From Eledone cirrhosa (taxonomy: Eukaryota), in assembly GCA_964016885.1 (NCBI GenBank), contig OZ024740.1, positions 272,738,001-272,802,000 on the forward strand: 64,000 nt of DNA, read 5' to 3'. The position numbers were made by a program, and so were the translations under genes. Below the pieces are notes generated by a model. The model was not told where the DNA came from and did no database searches. It worked only from the letters and a program-made list of their open reading frames with translations. Positions 38,457 to 52,980 of this stretch are shown here, piece after piece; the stretch's first letter is position 1, and each line of letters starts with the position of its first letter.

Positions 38457-40318
38457 AATAATAAATTTGAAGACTAAAATCCAAAGAGGGCTCGATAAGG
38501 ATAAATATATATCAAATATATAAGAACCGTAGAGCAAATATTTATTAAAATAACAGATTAAAGTTTAAGCAAATAATCGCTGCTTTCACCCTTAACGGGA
38601 TTTTCTGAGACTAATAAAGTCAATCTGTAAACGCAGAAGTGGATATTTCAAAAAACGTTGCAACCGGAGGAAGACAGGAAGACGATACTTTGGTTCGTGG
38701 AAACGTTCCCTAGCAAAGAACGGGGAAAAACGAATATAATGCGTCATTATTTGGAGCGGTGAAAAACAATTAGACGCAAAGACAGAACCACGTTTATGGT
38801 ATAAAAGAAGTCGTTCTCTTAGGTGGTTCATAGAGACGTTCTCTGGCAATGAACGAAAAAAACGAAGATAATACGTCATATGTGGACCGTGGAGAACAAT
38901 TGCACGCAAAGACAAAACCACGTAAATGGTATAGCAGAAGTCGTAGACTAAAATTCTAACTAGTGTTAGACCGAGTGAATCTGTGCTTCAGAGTTAAGAA
39001 TAAAGTAAATAAATACAATACAGAGGTAATAGAAATTAAATAAATACATACACGCATACAAATACGTACATACACAAGCATACGCGAAAACACTTACCAT
39101 AGGTATACAAAACCACGCACATTTAAATATGTGTGTGTGTGTGTGTGCGTGTATACAAATATATAAATAATTAAATAAACGTATATAAATAAATAAATAC
39201 GTATATAACAAGCGCACACACATACCTACATGTAAATACACAAATGTTCAGAGACGTAAGTCAACCAAAACATGAAGTACACATATACACACACACCCTA
39301 CATACGTACGAACCTGCATACTCACACAGACGCAAAACTCCCGTATACACATAACCAAACCATATGTACCAGAATATATAAAATTATACGCCATAACATA
39401 TACAATCAAATATACGTACGAGAAAGTATACCTACCTTCACAAAACATACAGGTAATATATACTTACCTATGCAAATAAGTAATGGTATAAACAAAACAT
39501 ATACTTAGCTACCACATCAAGACGTAAAATATCCACGTATAGATCGTACTATCCGTTAGGGTATAACGTGGGGCTGTAATACAGGAAAGTTTTGTGCAAT
39601 TTATGTTTACAAGCCGAAATTGCCTCAGATATTTTGTTTAAGATGTAGTCTGTGGCGTAGAGTATTTCCAGGGCCTCAGCGGCGCAGAGGTCACATGGTC
39701 TTTTATTTCCGTTATACGATCTATCCCTAGCTAGGATCTCCCAGTGTAACTTATATTGGGTGTGGTTGTCTTTTAGACTCCAGATATAAGCTGAAAGTGA
39801 CGTCACATTCCTTATTAGAGGGCAGCGAAAAGAATGGATATGCATGTAAAGACGCTGCTTGAATCTATTGGCGGTTAACCCTATGTAGGCCCTACGGAAC
39901 GTGGGTGTTTCAACCTTACATTTGTAGACAATGTTACTAGAGAGGCATTTCCCGGATAGGGGGCAATCAACCCGATTCCTACAATTACAGTTAGTACTAA
40001 CTACAGAGTTGCACGAGTTCCTACGGCTAGGTAGTATAGCTAAATTTGAAGCTGTGATGTTATGTGCAAGGTTAGGAGTCGTAGTGTAAGAAATTATAAT
40101 AGTATTCCTATTAACAATTTTACTATATTTATGTGTAGGGGGAAAATGCTTCGTAATAAGGGAAAGAAAGATCTTAGCTAATGGTAGCGCCACCTCCATA
40201 TTATATGGTGGGTTATACCAACAAATGCGACGGGATCTATTTCTTCTAGGTCTATTTTCGTACTAAGATCCCGTTAAGGGTGAAAGCAGCGATTCTTTGC
40301 TTAAACTTTAATCTGTTA

Positions 40319-40325
<7 letters not shown>
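38457..40325 (-). mobile_element. 5'-truncated copy of the Nematis-like PLE with an inverted pLTR stub at its 5' end
   Basis: Open GIY-YIG ORF at 39549-40199. 40265-40325 is the reverse complement of ~38543-38603. The extra tail 38457-38542 is also seen at 58020-58125. Confidence 0.92.
39549..40199 (-). pseudogene. PLE linker + GIY-YIG endonuclease domain (uninterrupted but 5'-truncated)
   Basis: CNCRNRVDCPLSGKC, IVY..AYIGLT.NRFKQR..H, CDLC..E, LNK..E..CKH. Confidence 0.85.
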
Positions 40326-40368
<43 letters not shown>

Positions 40369-40371
<3 letters not shown>

Positions 40372-41404
40372 CTGCAGTAACAGTGGTGCAAAAAAAACAA
40401 AACAAAGGGAGGCGAAAACGGGAGGAACAATAGATAGATTGAGGAAGGGAGAGAGAGATAAAAAAATTGTAGATAGATAAAGATATAAATAGTTACCTGT
40501 CTCTTGCACCCCTTCCGTTCGATGTGGAAACCTGGCCTGGCTCACGTTATGTATAAAACATTAATTGAAAAGGTTTGGTGGGATGAGTGTATATGACTAT
40601 TCGTAAACTGGAGTATTCTCAGCGAGAAAGGTAGCCGTAACAGCTGGATACTATTTACATAGTAAACATTTTTGGGGTTAAGATATAAACACAATTCGAA
40701 CGAGAGTGGGAGAGAGAGAGAGGGAGAAAGAGAGTCAAATTATAAGATGAGAAATGAGAGAGTTATAGAGAGACAGAAAGGAAGAGGAAGAGAGGAAAAT
40801 ATTGGGGATGAAAAGGATGGAGCAGGGTTTTTATAGAGAAAGATGAAGAGCCGAATAGAAATTTACTGCTGCTGTTCCCGTTTGAATAACAAACTGACTT
40901 TATCTTTGCATCTTTTGACCATTGGCTCACCTCATTTTTGCCACTGCTGCTACTGTTACTTCCGCTTATTTTTGCGGCTGTTTCGTCTCGAACAGCAAAC
41001 AGCCTTTATTTCACCGATCGCGGCTTGATGCGGATGTACCCCATTACTCTCTCATTCCTCTGTTTGAACAATTGAGATTTGATTCCTGTTGCGCGGTCAG
41101 TATTTCTGGACATAGTCTAGACATAGTCCTTCCCTCACGCGAATGATGGAGAGAATAGACTAACATAAAAAAAAAAGAAGGAATTTAGCGTTATCTGAAT
41201 CATCAGCTTTCCCCCAATACTTTACAATATAATACTGTAAGTAGGTAAGCAGAAGTAACAGTGGTAAACACAAAAACAAAGGGCGGCAAAAACCGGAGAA
41301 ACAAAGATAGATAGAGTGAGGAAGCGTGTGTGTGTGTGTGTGGGGGGGGGGGGGTGTATGTGTGTGTTTGTGTGTGTATGTGTGTGTTTGTGTGCGTGTG
41401 TGTG

Positions 41405-41443
<39 letters not shown>

Positions 41444-41494
41444 AAAAAGGTTTTATAGATAAAGATATAAAAAGTAACCCGTCTCTTGCACCCC
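40369..41494. repeat. Unit with diverged terminal direct repeats (~880-bp period)
   Basis: agtaacagtggt..acaaaggg.ggc..gtctcttgcacccc at ~40376-40512 and ~41254-41494. Confidence 0.65.
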
Positions 41495-41597
41495 ATTTGT
41501 AGAGTTCGAATTTTGATAATTTGGAATTAGTTGTCTACTGAGAGTGGGAAAACGGCCGAAGTTATGTAGGTTCTATTCGACTTGCTTCGTCTTCTAA

Positions 41598-41649
<52 letters not shown>

Positions 41650-41654
<5 letters not shown>

Positions 41655-42250
41655 AATAACAGGAGGCTGGACTGGTGTAAATCCTTGGAAAGTTTATTAT
41701 ACTATGATAATTTCAATGACCGGGTTCAGTATGAATCCGGTGACATCATCAGGTAATTCAAAATATAACGAAGGAATATAACAGATGAAATCCATGGTGC
41801 TGAAAATCATGGTGGTGAAAAGTGAAAATCAGAGACAAGAGGGCGACCGACAATTTAGCAGTTTCTTCCTCTGCCGGTCGCCCTTGAGGAAGAAGCTGCT
41901 AAATTGTCGGTCGCCCTCTTGTCTCTGATTTTCACCACCATGATTTTCAGCACCATGGATTTTATCTGTTATATTCCTTCGTTATATTTTGAATTACCTG
42001 ATGATGTCACCGGATTCATACTGAACCCGGTCATTCAAATGATCATAGTATAATAAACTTTCCAAGGATTTACACCTGTCCAGCCTCCTGTTATTCTATA
42101 ATAATTAAGTCCGTACTCGCACCACCAACTACACAAACGAAGACAGGCGAGTTGCATTACGTTCAGTGCTCTCCATAATATTACATCGAGTTTGACCACA
42201 TGGAATGAACAGTCCTATCCAGTGGTGAACCAACAAACCCAAATAAATAA
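41650..42250. mobile_element. ~450-bp palindrome (41650-42100) plus tail, hammerhead in each arm
   Basis: Arms are near-identical. The + copy (41995-42050) has CAAA in place of GAAA. Confidence 0.9.
41700..41755 (-). ncRNA. Type I hammerhead ribozyme
   Basis: UAC-CUGAUGA-UGUCACCGGAUUCA UAC UGAACCCGGUCAUU-GAAA-UUAUCA-UA-GUA; the two-arm consensus for stem III is UGAUCA. Confidence 0.68.
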
Positions 42251-42262
42251 ATATATATATAT

Positions 42263-42819
42263 ATATATGAATGTATATATAGTGTATTTTGCAATACACT
42301 GTATGCTTAATTAAAAGCATTTCGAAGACCTTATGCTATTGTTTTAGATAAGTGACAGACTCACTTACTTTAATTTTCAGTAAACGGGGAGATAAAGCTG
42401 ACAGAGACCTGTTTCGCATTTATTGATGCTTATCAAAGCCAACTACTCCTCCTGTTTGCTGGAATCTTGGATGTTTGGTTCTTATAGAATTCTAGTAAAT
42501 AATCAGGAACTGATTATACAGAGCGGTTGCCGGTCAAGCAGAAATTGAAAATTAGAATTGGTGCTCTGAAATAGCTATATATATATATATATATGAATGT
42601 ATATATAGTGTATTTTGCAATACACTGTATGCTTAATTAAAAGCATTTCGAAGACCTTATGCTATTGTTTTATAATAATTATGTCCGTACTCGCACCACC
42701 AACTACACAAACGAAGACAGGTGAGTTGCATTACGTTCAGTGCTCTTAATAATATTACATCGAGTTTGACCACGCGGAATGACCAGTTCTATCCAGTGGT
42801 GAACCGCAAACCCAAATAA

Positions 42820-42825
<6 letters not shown>
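42263..42825. repeat. Interleaved direct repeats; degenerate hammerhead 42397-42439 (-)
   Basis: 42263-42345 = 42590-42672 and 42109-42250 = 42683-42825. Motif: GCU-UUGAUAA-GCAU..AUGC-GAAA-CAG GUCU CUG-UC-AGC. Confidence 0.75.
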
Positions 42826-42852
<27 letters not shown>

Positions 42853-43000
42853 TATATATATGTGATCAAGTATATGTCTATTTTTGTTAATATTTTAAAT
42901 TAATATTAATAACTCCGGAAAACCATTACTGTGGAGTGCTTCCAATTTATTGTAAAACTTATTATTTTATTTATTCTTTGAATCTTGTTTAACCTTTAAA

Positions 43001-43043
<43 letters not shown>

Positions 43044-43117
43044 ATATATATATACATATATATATATATACATATATATATACATATACATATATTATAT
43101 GATAATAATAATAAAAA

Positions 43118-43763
<646 letters not shown>

Positions 43764-43907
43764 AAAGGAATGAATTTTACACGACCAGAACTCTTTCGTT
43801 GGTATGAGTTCATTAGGATTTCATACGAACAAAATAGTTCTGGTAGATGAAATTTCTATAGAAAATGAATATGTAACTTCTGTACTAATGTATTGAACAC
43901 ATTATTT

Positions 43908-44110
43908 GGTGGATTGGCAGTATCGGTAGAGCGCCGGACAACATGCCGGACAACATAGAGTTAGGCTCCTTTATGATCTGAGTTCAAATTCCGCCGAGGT
44001 TAGTTTTGCCTTTTGCCTTTCATCCTTACGGGGTCGATAAAATAAAGCACCAGTATACGACTTTCCCCTCTCCCAAATTTGCTGGCCCTGTGCTTCATGT
44101 AGAAATCATT
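43908..44110 (+). mobile_element. SINE (family of 24794)
   Basis: A/B boxes and central domain. Confidence 0.85.
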
Positions 44111-44112
44111 AT

Positions 44113-44163
<51 letters not shown>

Positions 44164-44656
44164 GTTCAAGGAAACAGCAAACAAAGGTACAAGAAAGTTC
44201 GACGTGTCGGGATTTAGTCCTTCATCAGGAGTACAAAAATAGAGACGGAATCACAAAGGATAGTTACAGAAAATAGATATTGACAGATGTTGGCTTTCCT
44301 CCATTACAACATTACAACATTTAACATCCATCGTCAGTTCTTCTATTCACTCATCAACCATTCATAAATTCATTAAATATGTGTCACATTATTCCGGACG
44401 AGTTAACTACATTATACATACACACGCACTCACACACAAGCACACACACACTCACACGCACACTTACACACACACTCACACACATACACACACAATATAT
44501 ATATATATATATACATATATATTTATATAATATATATATACACATAATATATATACACACACACACACATATATACATGTATATATATATGTATGTTTAT
44601 ATATATATCTGTATAATATATATATACATACATATATACACAAACATATATATACA

Positions 44657-44706
<50 letters not shown>

Positions 44707-44782
44707 AATATATATATATATATTATATATATATAATATATATATAATATATATATTATAAATATATATATAATATATATAT

Positions 44783-44825
<43 letters not shown>

Positions 44826-45836
44826 ATACATACATATATATTATATATATATATAATATATATATATATATATTATATATATATATATATACATACATAT
44901 ATATTATATATATATATAATATATATATATATATATTATACATATATACACATACATACCCACACACACATATATATATATATACGCTCAAAACACGCAC
45001 AAATACACGTATAAGGAAAGTCCAAACTGCAGGCGATTACCAACTGTTTTTCTCTTCTTATATTCGTATTGTTTTATATAACCATCTGAAGAAATTATCA
45101 GTTTATTCATAAATGCTCTAGAGACCTCAGCAGACATCAGCTTGGTGCCAGCAGGAGAGAATAAGCCTTCAATAAAATTATTCCCCAGTTAACCCATACA
45201 ATGATTTCATTTCTCTGGTGAGAGAATATAAAAATAAATAAAATAATACAAAAATAAAATAAAAATAGAAAAAAAACGAGAAAATAATAAATAAAAATAC
45301 ACTTAAACAAAATGTGTATAGAAAAAAAAAATTAAAAAACAAGAGCCACAATATTCATAATTAATCTTTTATTTATTCATAAATTTTAATATTGTTATTT
45401 TTTTTAAAATTTGATAAAATATAACTTTGCTTTGTTTTATTAAGTTTACCATTTTTTATATAATAAAATAGCAAATGAAACAAACATATAATTATAAATA
45501 TATTGTTTTTCAACATTCCTTTTTTACTTTTCATGTTTACCTCTACTTCCTTTTGATTAACTATTATTATTCATTATTACCATTATTATTATTATCATTA
45601 TTTTTGTTGTTGTTGTTGTTGTCGTTGTCGGTGTTGTTGTTGTTGTTGTTGTTATTATTATTATTATTTTTTTTATTATTATTATTTTTATTAATGATAT
45701 TTTGTTTGCTTCGTTGATCATTTTAAAAGTATCTTTCGAACAAAAAGCTAATGAAGGAACATTATGCAATTATAAGGATAGTGCAATTATAATCAAGTCA
45801 ATAATCTCTCTATTTTTCTCTCTTCTCTCTCTCACT

Positions 45837-45918
<82 letters not shown>

Positions 45919-46709
45919 CTTTCTTTCTTTTCATCACCCGCTCTCTGTCTCATTTAGGACATTTAATGAAATGGTGTTGCACGTGTGCATGTTTGCCTCT
46001 ATGTGCATGTATGTGTATGTGTATGGAAATGATGAGTTGGTGAGTCGTTCACTTGATCAAGATGTCAATAGCAACAACCCCCCCCCACATCACAAGGTTT
46101 AGCATGTTTACTAAACCGTGTTACGAACAATGTAATGTATAGAAAGGCAATCGAATCGGATTTAATGAGACAACCATAAAAGGCTGTCCAGTCTATTAGT
46201 TCTATTGAGGTGTATCCCTTAATCATTTCCTTCTATCTTAAGACCGTTGGGTTAGTTAAAATAAGGTGTGGTCGATAGCTGGTGACTGGATTCACAGTGA
46301 TTCTAACAGGAAACATGTATAGACACAAAAGAAAATAATACCAGCAACAACTACGATGATCACAACAACAACACCAGCAACAACAACAACAGCAACAACA
46401 GCAGCAGCAGCAGCAGCAGCATCAGCAGCAGCAACAGCAACAACAACAACATCAACAAAGATAACATTAATAATAATTGTTTCAAATGTAGGTGTAAGTC
46501 CATTAGTTTTGAAGGGAGGATAAAACTGTTTATTTCAACTTAGTACTTGACCGATGCTTTATTTATAGAACAAGAAGGACAAAGAGAAAATTAACCTCAG
46601 CAGAATCTGAGCATTGACGGTTAATGATGGAATAAATACCACACAGCGTCTTGGAACTGGAAGAATATGCTCATTTAGATCTGGAACACTGTTCCATACA
46701 ATCACTCCT

Positions 46710-47000
46710 TCTGCAAGGAAGGATCTGTATTCGGATTCTCGGTTTGGAGCATAAACTTGCACCACCCACAGGGACAATTCTTTAAGCCTAAATATCAAGA
46801 GAAAAACCCTTTCCCCAATTGGAATACAAGCAGGCAGGGGCAGTAAGGGAGTCCAAAGTTAGGAAAAATAAATGTATTCTTCTGTTGCACGATCCAACAT
46901 TTTAAAATGGTACTCTGAATTAAATCATGCGAAACCATTTCGCTGGTTTGAAAGCTGATGACGGTGAAGTTATGTGTGAGTGTGTGAACTTTACTTGTAC
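46710..47000 (-). pseudogene. Decayed L1/Tx1-like APE fragment
   Basis: WVVQVYAPN..YRSFL resembles the APE 'VYAPN' motif. Confidence 0.45.
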
Positions 47001-47310
47001 ATCGCCGTTCTTTATTTCTTTCTTCCATTCACTTCCATGCGTCAACACAACTGTCCTTGTCCTCCTCTCTCAATCTTTTTTTATATTGCCTGTCGCCAAC
47101 CTCGTGGATTGTCTCTGCCTGTCGCCCACCTCGTGGATTGTCTCTCTGCTAACCACTGACCACTTATCTCTGTCCTCTGAGGCATTCTTACCCATCGCTG
47201 TCATTGACAGCAATTGGTTATATTAACAACTGTTCTAGCGATGAGTGTTCTCATTATTCTATGAATTCTAATAAATTCGCGCTTCGTCTCAATCAGAGAC
47301 TATAGTCTTT

Positions 47311-47402
<92 letters not shown>

Positions 47403-47539
47403 GTATGTATATATATATATGTATATGCCAACGCATATATTATTCAACTACAGAAATCGAGAAAACTGGTTACAACATCAACATCTACTACTACTACTGC
47501 TACTACTACTACTGCTGCAGCTACTGCTGCTGCTGCTAT

Positions 47540-47574
<35 letters not shown>

Positions 47575-47620
47575 GTACTACTACTACTGCAACTGTTGCT
47601 GCTAGTAGTAGTAATAATAA

Positions 47621-47669
<49 letters not shown>

Positions 47670-48439
47670 TGTAGTAGAATAGTAGTAGTAGTAGTAGTAG
47701 TAGAAGTAGTAGCAACAACAACAACAACAGCAGCAACAGCAGCAATACTATTGCAAACAAGTAAAAAAACTCTGAAGTGGTGTCGATGACAGATATAGTA
47801 GTGATGAAAATTAGAAGATTTTACAAAGAATATAATAAAATTAAGGATGTATGAAGGTAAGACGCGGCGGACATAAAAAGCTAAAAAAAAAAAAAATAAA
47901 TAAAATCACGATAGAAAGAGAGAGGGTGGAAAACGACCCATAAAACAAAGAAAATGAACTAAAAAAAAAATATGAACAAATAAGGTAAAAAAAAAATAAA
48001 AAAAATAAAATAAAATATAGAAGAAAGAAACGAATGAAAAATGAGAACAACAATGATTGAAGAACGGTAAATAAAAAAAAACTCCATAAAACAAAGAACA
48101 AAAATAAAACGATGAAGAATGGAAGTAAAAAGTATTGAGATGCAATAAGTAAGTTCAGTAAACAGGAAGTAAGGGGAAAAAAATGGTTATCTCATAGCAT
48201 CAGACCGTCTGACTGGTCTGGTTAACTTAATGGTATTTGTCCTTACTTTCTCCGTTGCTGCTAAGAAGATAGAATGATAGATTGAAACTACTATACTTGA
48301 GAAAGTCAATATAGAATAAGGAGGAGAAGTGTGAATTGAAGGGAAACAAAAAGAATGACCATCGATAGAGAATATGTAAGTATGAATGTATGTGTATATA
48401 TATATATAGAGAAATAGATGTATATGTATATATGTATAT

Positions 48440-48481
<42 letters not shown>

Positions 48482-48500
48482 GATGTATATGTATATATGT

Positions 48501-48575
<75 letters not shown>

Positions 48576-48631
48576 CATATACGTACATACATACTTACAT
48601 ACATGCATATATATATGCACAAAAACATACA

Positions 48632-48692
<61 letters not shown>

Positions 48693-48875
48693 ATATATAT
48701 ATATATGGAGATATATGGAGATAAGTGTATGTATGTGTATGCACACACATACACACACACACACATCTAAATATATCTGAACTGTTGCCAGATGAAACGC
48801 AACTTTTTGTGAAAATCCACACGACATGCGAGAGTGAAAGAGAAAGGGAAAACGAGAGAACGGCTGACAGAGAGA

Positions 48876-48949
<74 letters not shown>

Positions 48950-49166
48950 GAGAAAATAACGCATGTATTTTTCAGTCTGATATGCAAGTCAGCTTACATG
49001 GGCCATACATGCATATATGTGTGATTGTGTGTGTGTATGTATGTGTGTGAGTGCATGTGTGTGTGTGCTTTGTGTGTCTATTAATGACTGCCATATTCTT
49101 TGCATGACGTATTGAGTGGTTTCCTTTGTTTGACCACACATGTTCCTTTATGCTTATACCCCCCCC

Positions 49167-49198
<32 letters not shown>

Positions 49199-49204
<6 letters not shown>

Positions 49205-50325
49205 GTATCCACAGTAAGTAAGTTGTGGGGTCTATTCTGCATGAAGAACTCGATGTAATCCATATGTTGAAAATGTTGTAGGTTATGATAAATCTCGGAA
49301 AACAATAAAACATTAAATGGAAAACAGAGTCATGATATAAGTTCAGCTGGTGATATGCATGTAAGTAAATATTCTCTTTATCTGATGTGTAACTAACCTT
49401 ACATAGATCAATTACTGACTATAGCTACAATGTAGTATCATCATCTAGAAACGATCGTAAAGTAGTGTTGTATATCTCTAATGACTTGATTTTTTATTTC
49501 ATTGTTTTAACTTATATATATATATTAAAGAGTTAAACAAGATTCAATGAGTATATCAAAGAATGAGTTTTACAGTAGATAGGAAGTACTCTACGGTAAA
49601 TAATTTTCCAGAGTTATTAATATTAAAATACAAATATTAATAAAATAGATGTTCTTTTGATCAATTACATTTTATTATACATATTTCGGACAAAATATAA
49701 TGATACATGACATACCCTGAGATGTTAAATGGTTAAGATTTAATCAAGGTAGTCTACTTTGATTAAATCTTAACCATTTAACATCTCAGGGTATGTCATG
49801 TATCATTATATTTTGTCTGATGAGGACGTACTGTTGTACCTCCGAAATATGTATAATAAAATGTAATTGATCAAAAGAACATCTATTTTATTAATATTTG
49901 TATTTTAATATTAATAACTCTGGAAAATTATTTACCGTAGAGTACTTCCTATCTACTGTAAAACTCATTCTTTGATATACTCATTGAATCTTGTTTAACT
50001 CTTTAATATATATATATATAAGTTAAAACAATGAAATAAAAAATCAAGTCATTAGAGATATACTTGACTACTTTACGATCGTTTCTAGATGATGATAATA
50101 CATTGTAGCTATAGTCAGTAATTGATCTATGTAAGGTTAGTTACACATCAGATAAAGAGAATATTTACTTACATGCATATCACCAGCTGAACTTATATCA
50201 TGACTCTGTTTTCCTTTCAATGTTTTATTGTTTTCCGAGATTTAACTTAACCTACAACATTTTCAACATATGGATTACATCGAGTTCTTTATGCAGAATA
50301 GACCCCACAACTTACTGTGGATACC

Positions 50326-50330
<5 letters not shown>
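49199..50330. repeat. 1,132-bp near-perfect palindrome (centre 49753) spanning two nested modules
   Basis: Arms match through internal (TA)n tracts at ~49513 and ~50006. The inner module is related to 42880-43000. Confidence 0.93.
49811..49861 (+). ncRNA. Type I hammerhead ribozyme
   Basis: UUUUGU-CUGAUGA-GGACGUAC UGUU GUACCUCC-GAAA-UAUGUA-UA-AUAAAA. Confidence 0.8.
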
Positions 50331-50361
<31 letters not shown>

Positions 50362-50559
50362 TGTGTGTGTGCAAATCTTAACAATATTACAGCATATTAG
50401 TTAAGGTTACCGGCTGATTTCATGCTAGAATCGGAATCTTTATTGGTCATAATATACCTCGCGTCTGATCAGCATTTCGTCAGACCTTAAAATACGAATG
50501 TCTGATCAATAGACCTGGAGAGGTTACGATAATTGTATGTTATTTATGTGTAGTGGTAG

Positions 50560-51240
50560 AAAGAAAAATCCTCATAGGTGATATCCCAACGGTTAAGATG
50601 TTCTCCCTGATGCATGCCATTTGTGATGTGATTGTCTAGATAGCGAATTGTATATTTTAAAGATGATAGTGTCTATATTTGTGACAGAATCTGCCTAAAG
50701 TTTTAAAGGTTTGCCAGCGCAATGTGGTACAATATTTTACCCATGTTAGTTGTAACTTTTAATTAAAAAAATGGGGGCAAAACATTTGGTATTTCTAGCT
50801 CTAATCATGGATCTATTGGACAGCGTGTTGGTAAGGAAGTACGAAACCTTATCATTCGAGCCGCATCCTAGGAAATCCCATTGTAGTATTTGAATGGTTA
50901 ATCAAATATAGATTTAACGGAGGACAGATTCTGTGGTAAATGGTGGAGATGAGGTTTTTAAAGTCTAACAGGACTGACGTGTTTCGTTATTTAAGTTTTC
51001 CCATTCGTCTAGAGGTAGGGTTTGTAAATACATGTGATTAAATCTAGTGTTACATCTAAGAAACTTACGCGTACCTTAGTCAGGTTAATATCTACACATA
51101 TCTTAAAGTGTAGTTTATAGAAGGTAGATGATTCGGTTTTCTTCCGGAAGGTGTCTAGTGTCCGAACATTAATCTTCTGGGTTAGATACCGCAACCACCA
51201 TGTCAGTCTATACCAGGAATTAAGCAACTGCTATAATAAG
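50560..51240 (-). pseudogene. Highly decayed PLE RT C-terminal fragment
   Basis: VSFLDVTLDLITCIYKPY aligns with VNYLDFTLNLSNGLYYPY of the 19.7-kb PLE. Confidence 0.55.
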
Positions 51241-52242
51241 TAAGATATCAAGCAACATAAAATTGATGTATATATATATATATTCTACTATCTATGGCAC
51301 AGCAGGTTGTAGAACTCCTTATTGTGGGAACACTATGCATATTAATGGGTGTTTCGTCGTCTTGCAAAAATCAATATCAATCACGACATTGATAATTAAA
51401 ATGTTTCCGGCAATACCGTACCCCCTAACCTAACACACAGAATACAATAATTAATCATTAACGTTATGAATCATTGCATGCAGTATTGAGTACTATTTCC
51501 TGGGCGATTTGCGTTTGGAACTTCTGCTTCTGTACCAGCACAAATTTCCTGGTGGAACGTATTTCGTTTATATAATTGAATAAATTACATGAGCATCATA
51601 TATTCTTATTTCCACAGCTTGGAATCTAAGCCTCTTGATTTTGTAAGAAATCTAACAGCACAGTTTTATATAATTACACACATCTGATCATCTAGAATGT
51701 AATGCGATCTGACATCGTTTCAATCAAGTAGCTGATTCCCTATCAAATCATTTATCCTTATCGATCATTTCCATCAACCCAAATATCTCCCTTTACCACG
51801 CACATTAATGCACCCTTCCCATTCTCTATCTTTGCATTCTATCCCATCAAAACCCAACCCATACCTATTCGTTTCGTTTCGTCTCGTCTCGTCTCATCCC
51901 ATCTCATCGCATCTGAATTTATCTTCAACCACTCAAACAGTAAACTGCTGTCACAAAGCCTGGATCAATTCCAAATCAATTAGACAGCTTAAGGTTCTGG
52001 GAAAATGTGCAAGTATACGTTTCAGAGCTGTAATTCGTAACACAGAAAGATGAAAAGCTTTCTTAGGCTGACTGGAATCTTTTGGCCTGGAAGGGCATTA
52101 GTATCCTTCCAGCTATTCAAATATAAATTGTGGCCGAAAGAAGATAAGTGATGAATACCGAAAAAAATAATAATAAATAAAATATAGAATACAATATTAT
52201 AGAAAAAATAAAAGACAATATAGTTAACAATACGAATGAGAA

Positions 52243-52273
<31 letters not shown>

Positions 52274-52551
52274 TGTATGTATGTATGTATGTATGTATGT
52301 ATGTATGTATGTATGTATGTATGTATGTATGTATGTATATATGTATGTATGTATGTATGTACGTATGTATATATGTATGTTCATGGGTGTGCGAAAAGGA
52401 GAAAAAATCGCAAACTTGTGAAAATCACTCTAAATTAGGACGGAAGTAAAATTGAAGGACGGCGTTTCAGAGATTTGACTTTGTATTGATCACACAGTGA
52501 AAAGCATCAAAGATGTCAAAATGAAGGAACGCTAACCGAATGTAAAGAGTA

Positions 52552-52615
<64 letters not shown>

Positions 52616-52876
52616 ATGTTTATATATATATATATATTCATAAATACGTACATACGTATAATGGTCAATGACTTAAATGCTAGTGTTGAAGAACGATGAG
52701 AGTTCTATTATGAATGTGCAAAAATAATAGGAATTTCGCCTCTCAGAATTAATGCTGGTCTTGCCTGCAGCTACGTTAAGATTCCATCTGTATTCACCAA
52801 ACCGATGATTCGTATGTTTTAGAAGAGAACTGTATTCTTGGCGGGAAAGAGAAGTGAGAAGTGATGGATCACTTAC

Positions 52877-52980
52877 CTGCAGGTATAAATCTTTTTCGTT
52901 AGGATGGGAGGGGGCATATGAAAAGGAACTGTCTTGAATGGTAATTGTGATGGAATGACACCCTTGTTAAAAGAATGTTA
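52877..52980 (-). other. Candidate 104-nt exon of a minus-strand transcript
   Basis: Acceptor cttcctttgcag| and donor CAG|GTAAGT. All three frames contain stops, but there is an internal ATG. Confidence 0.3.
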
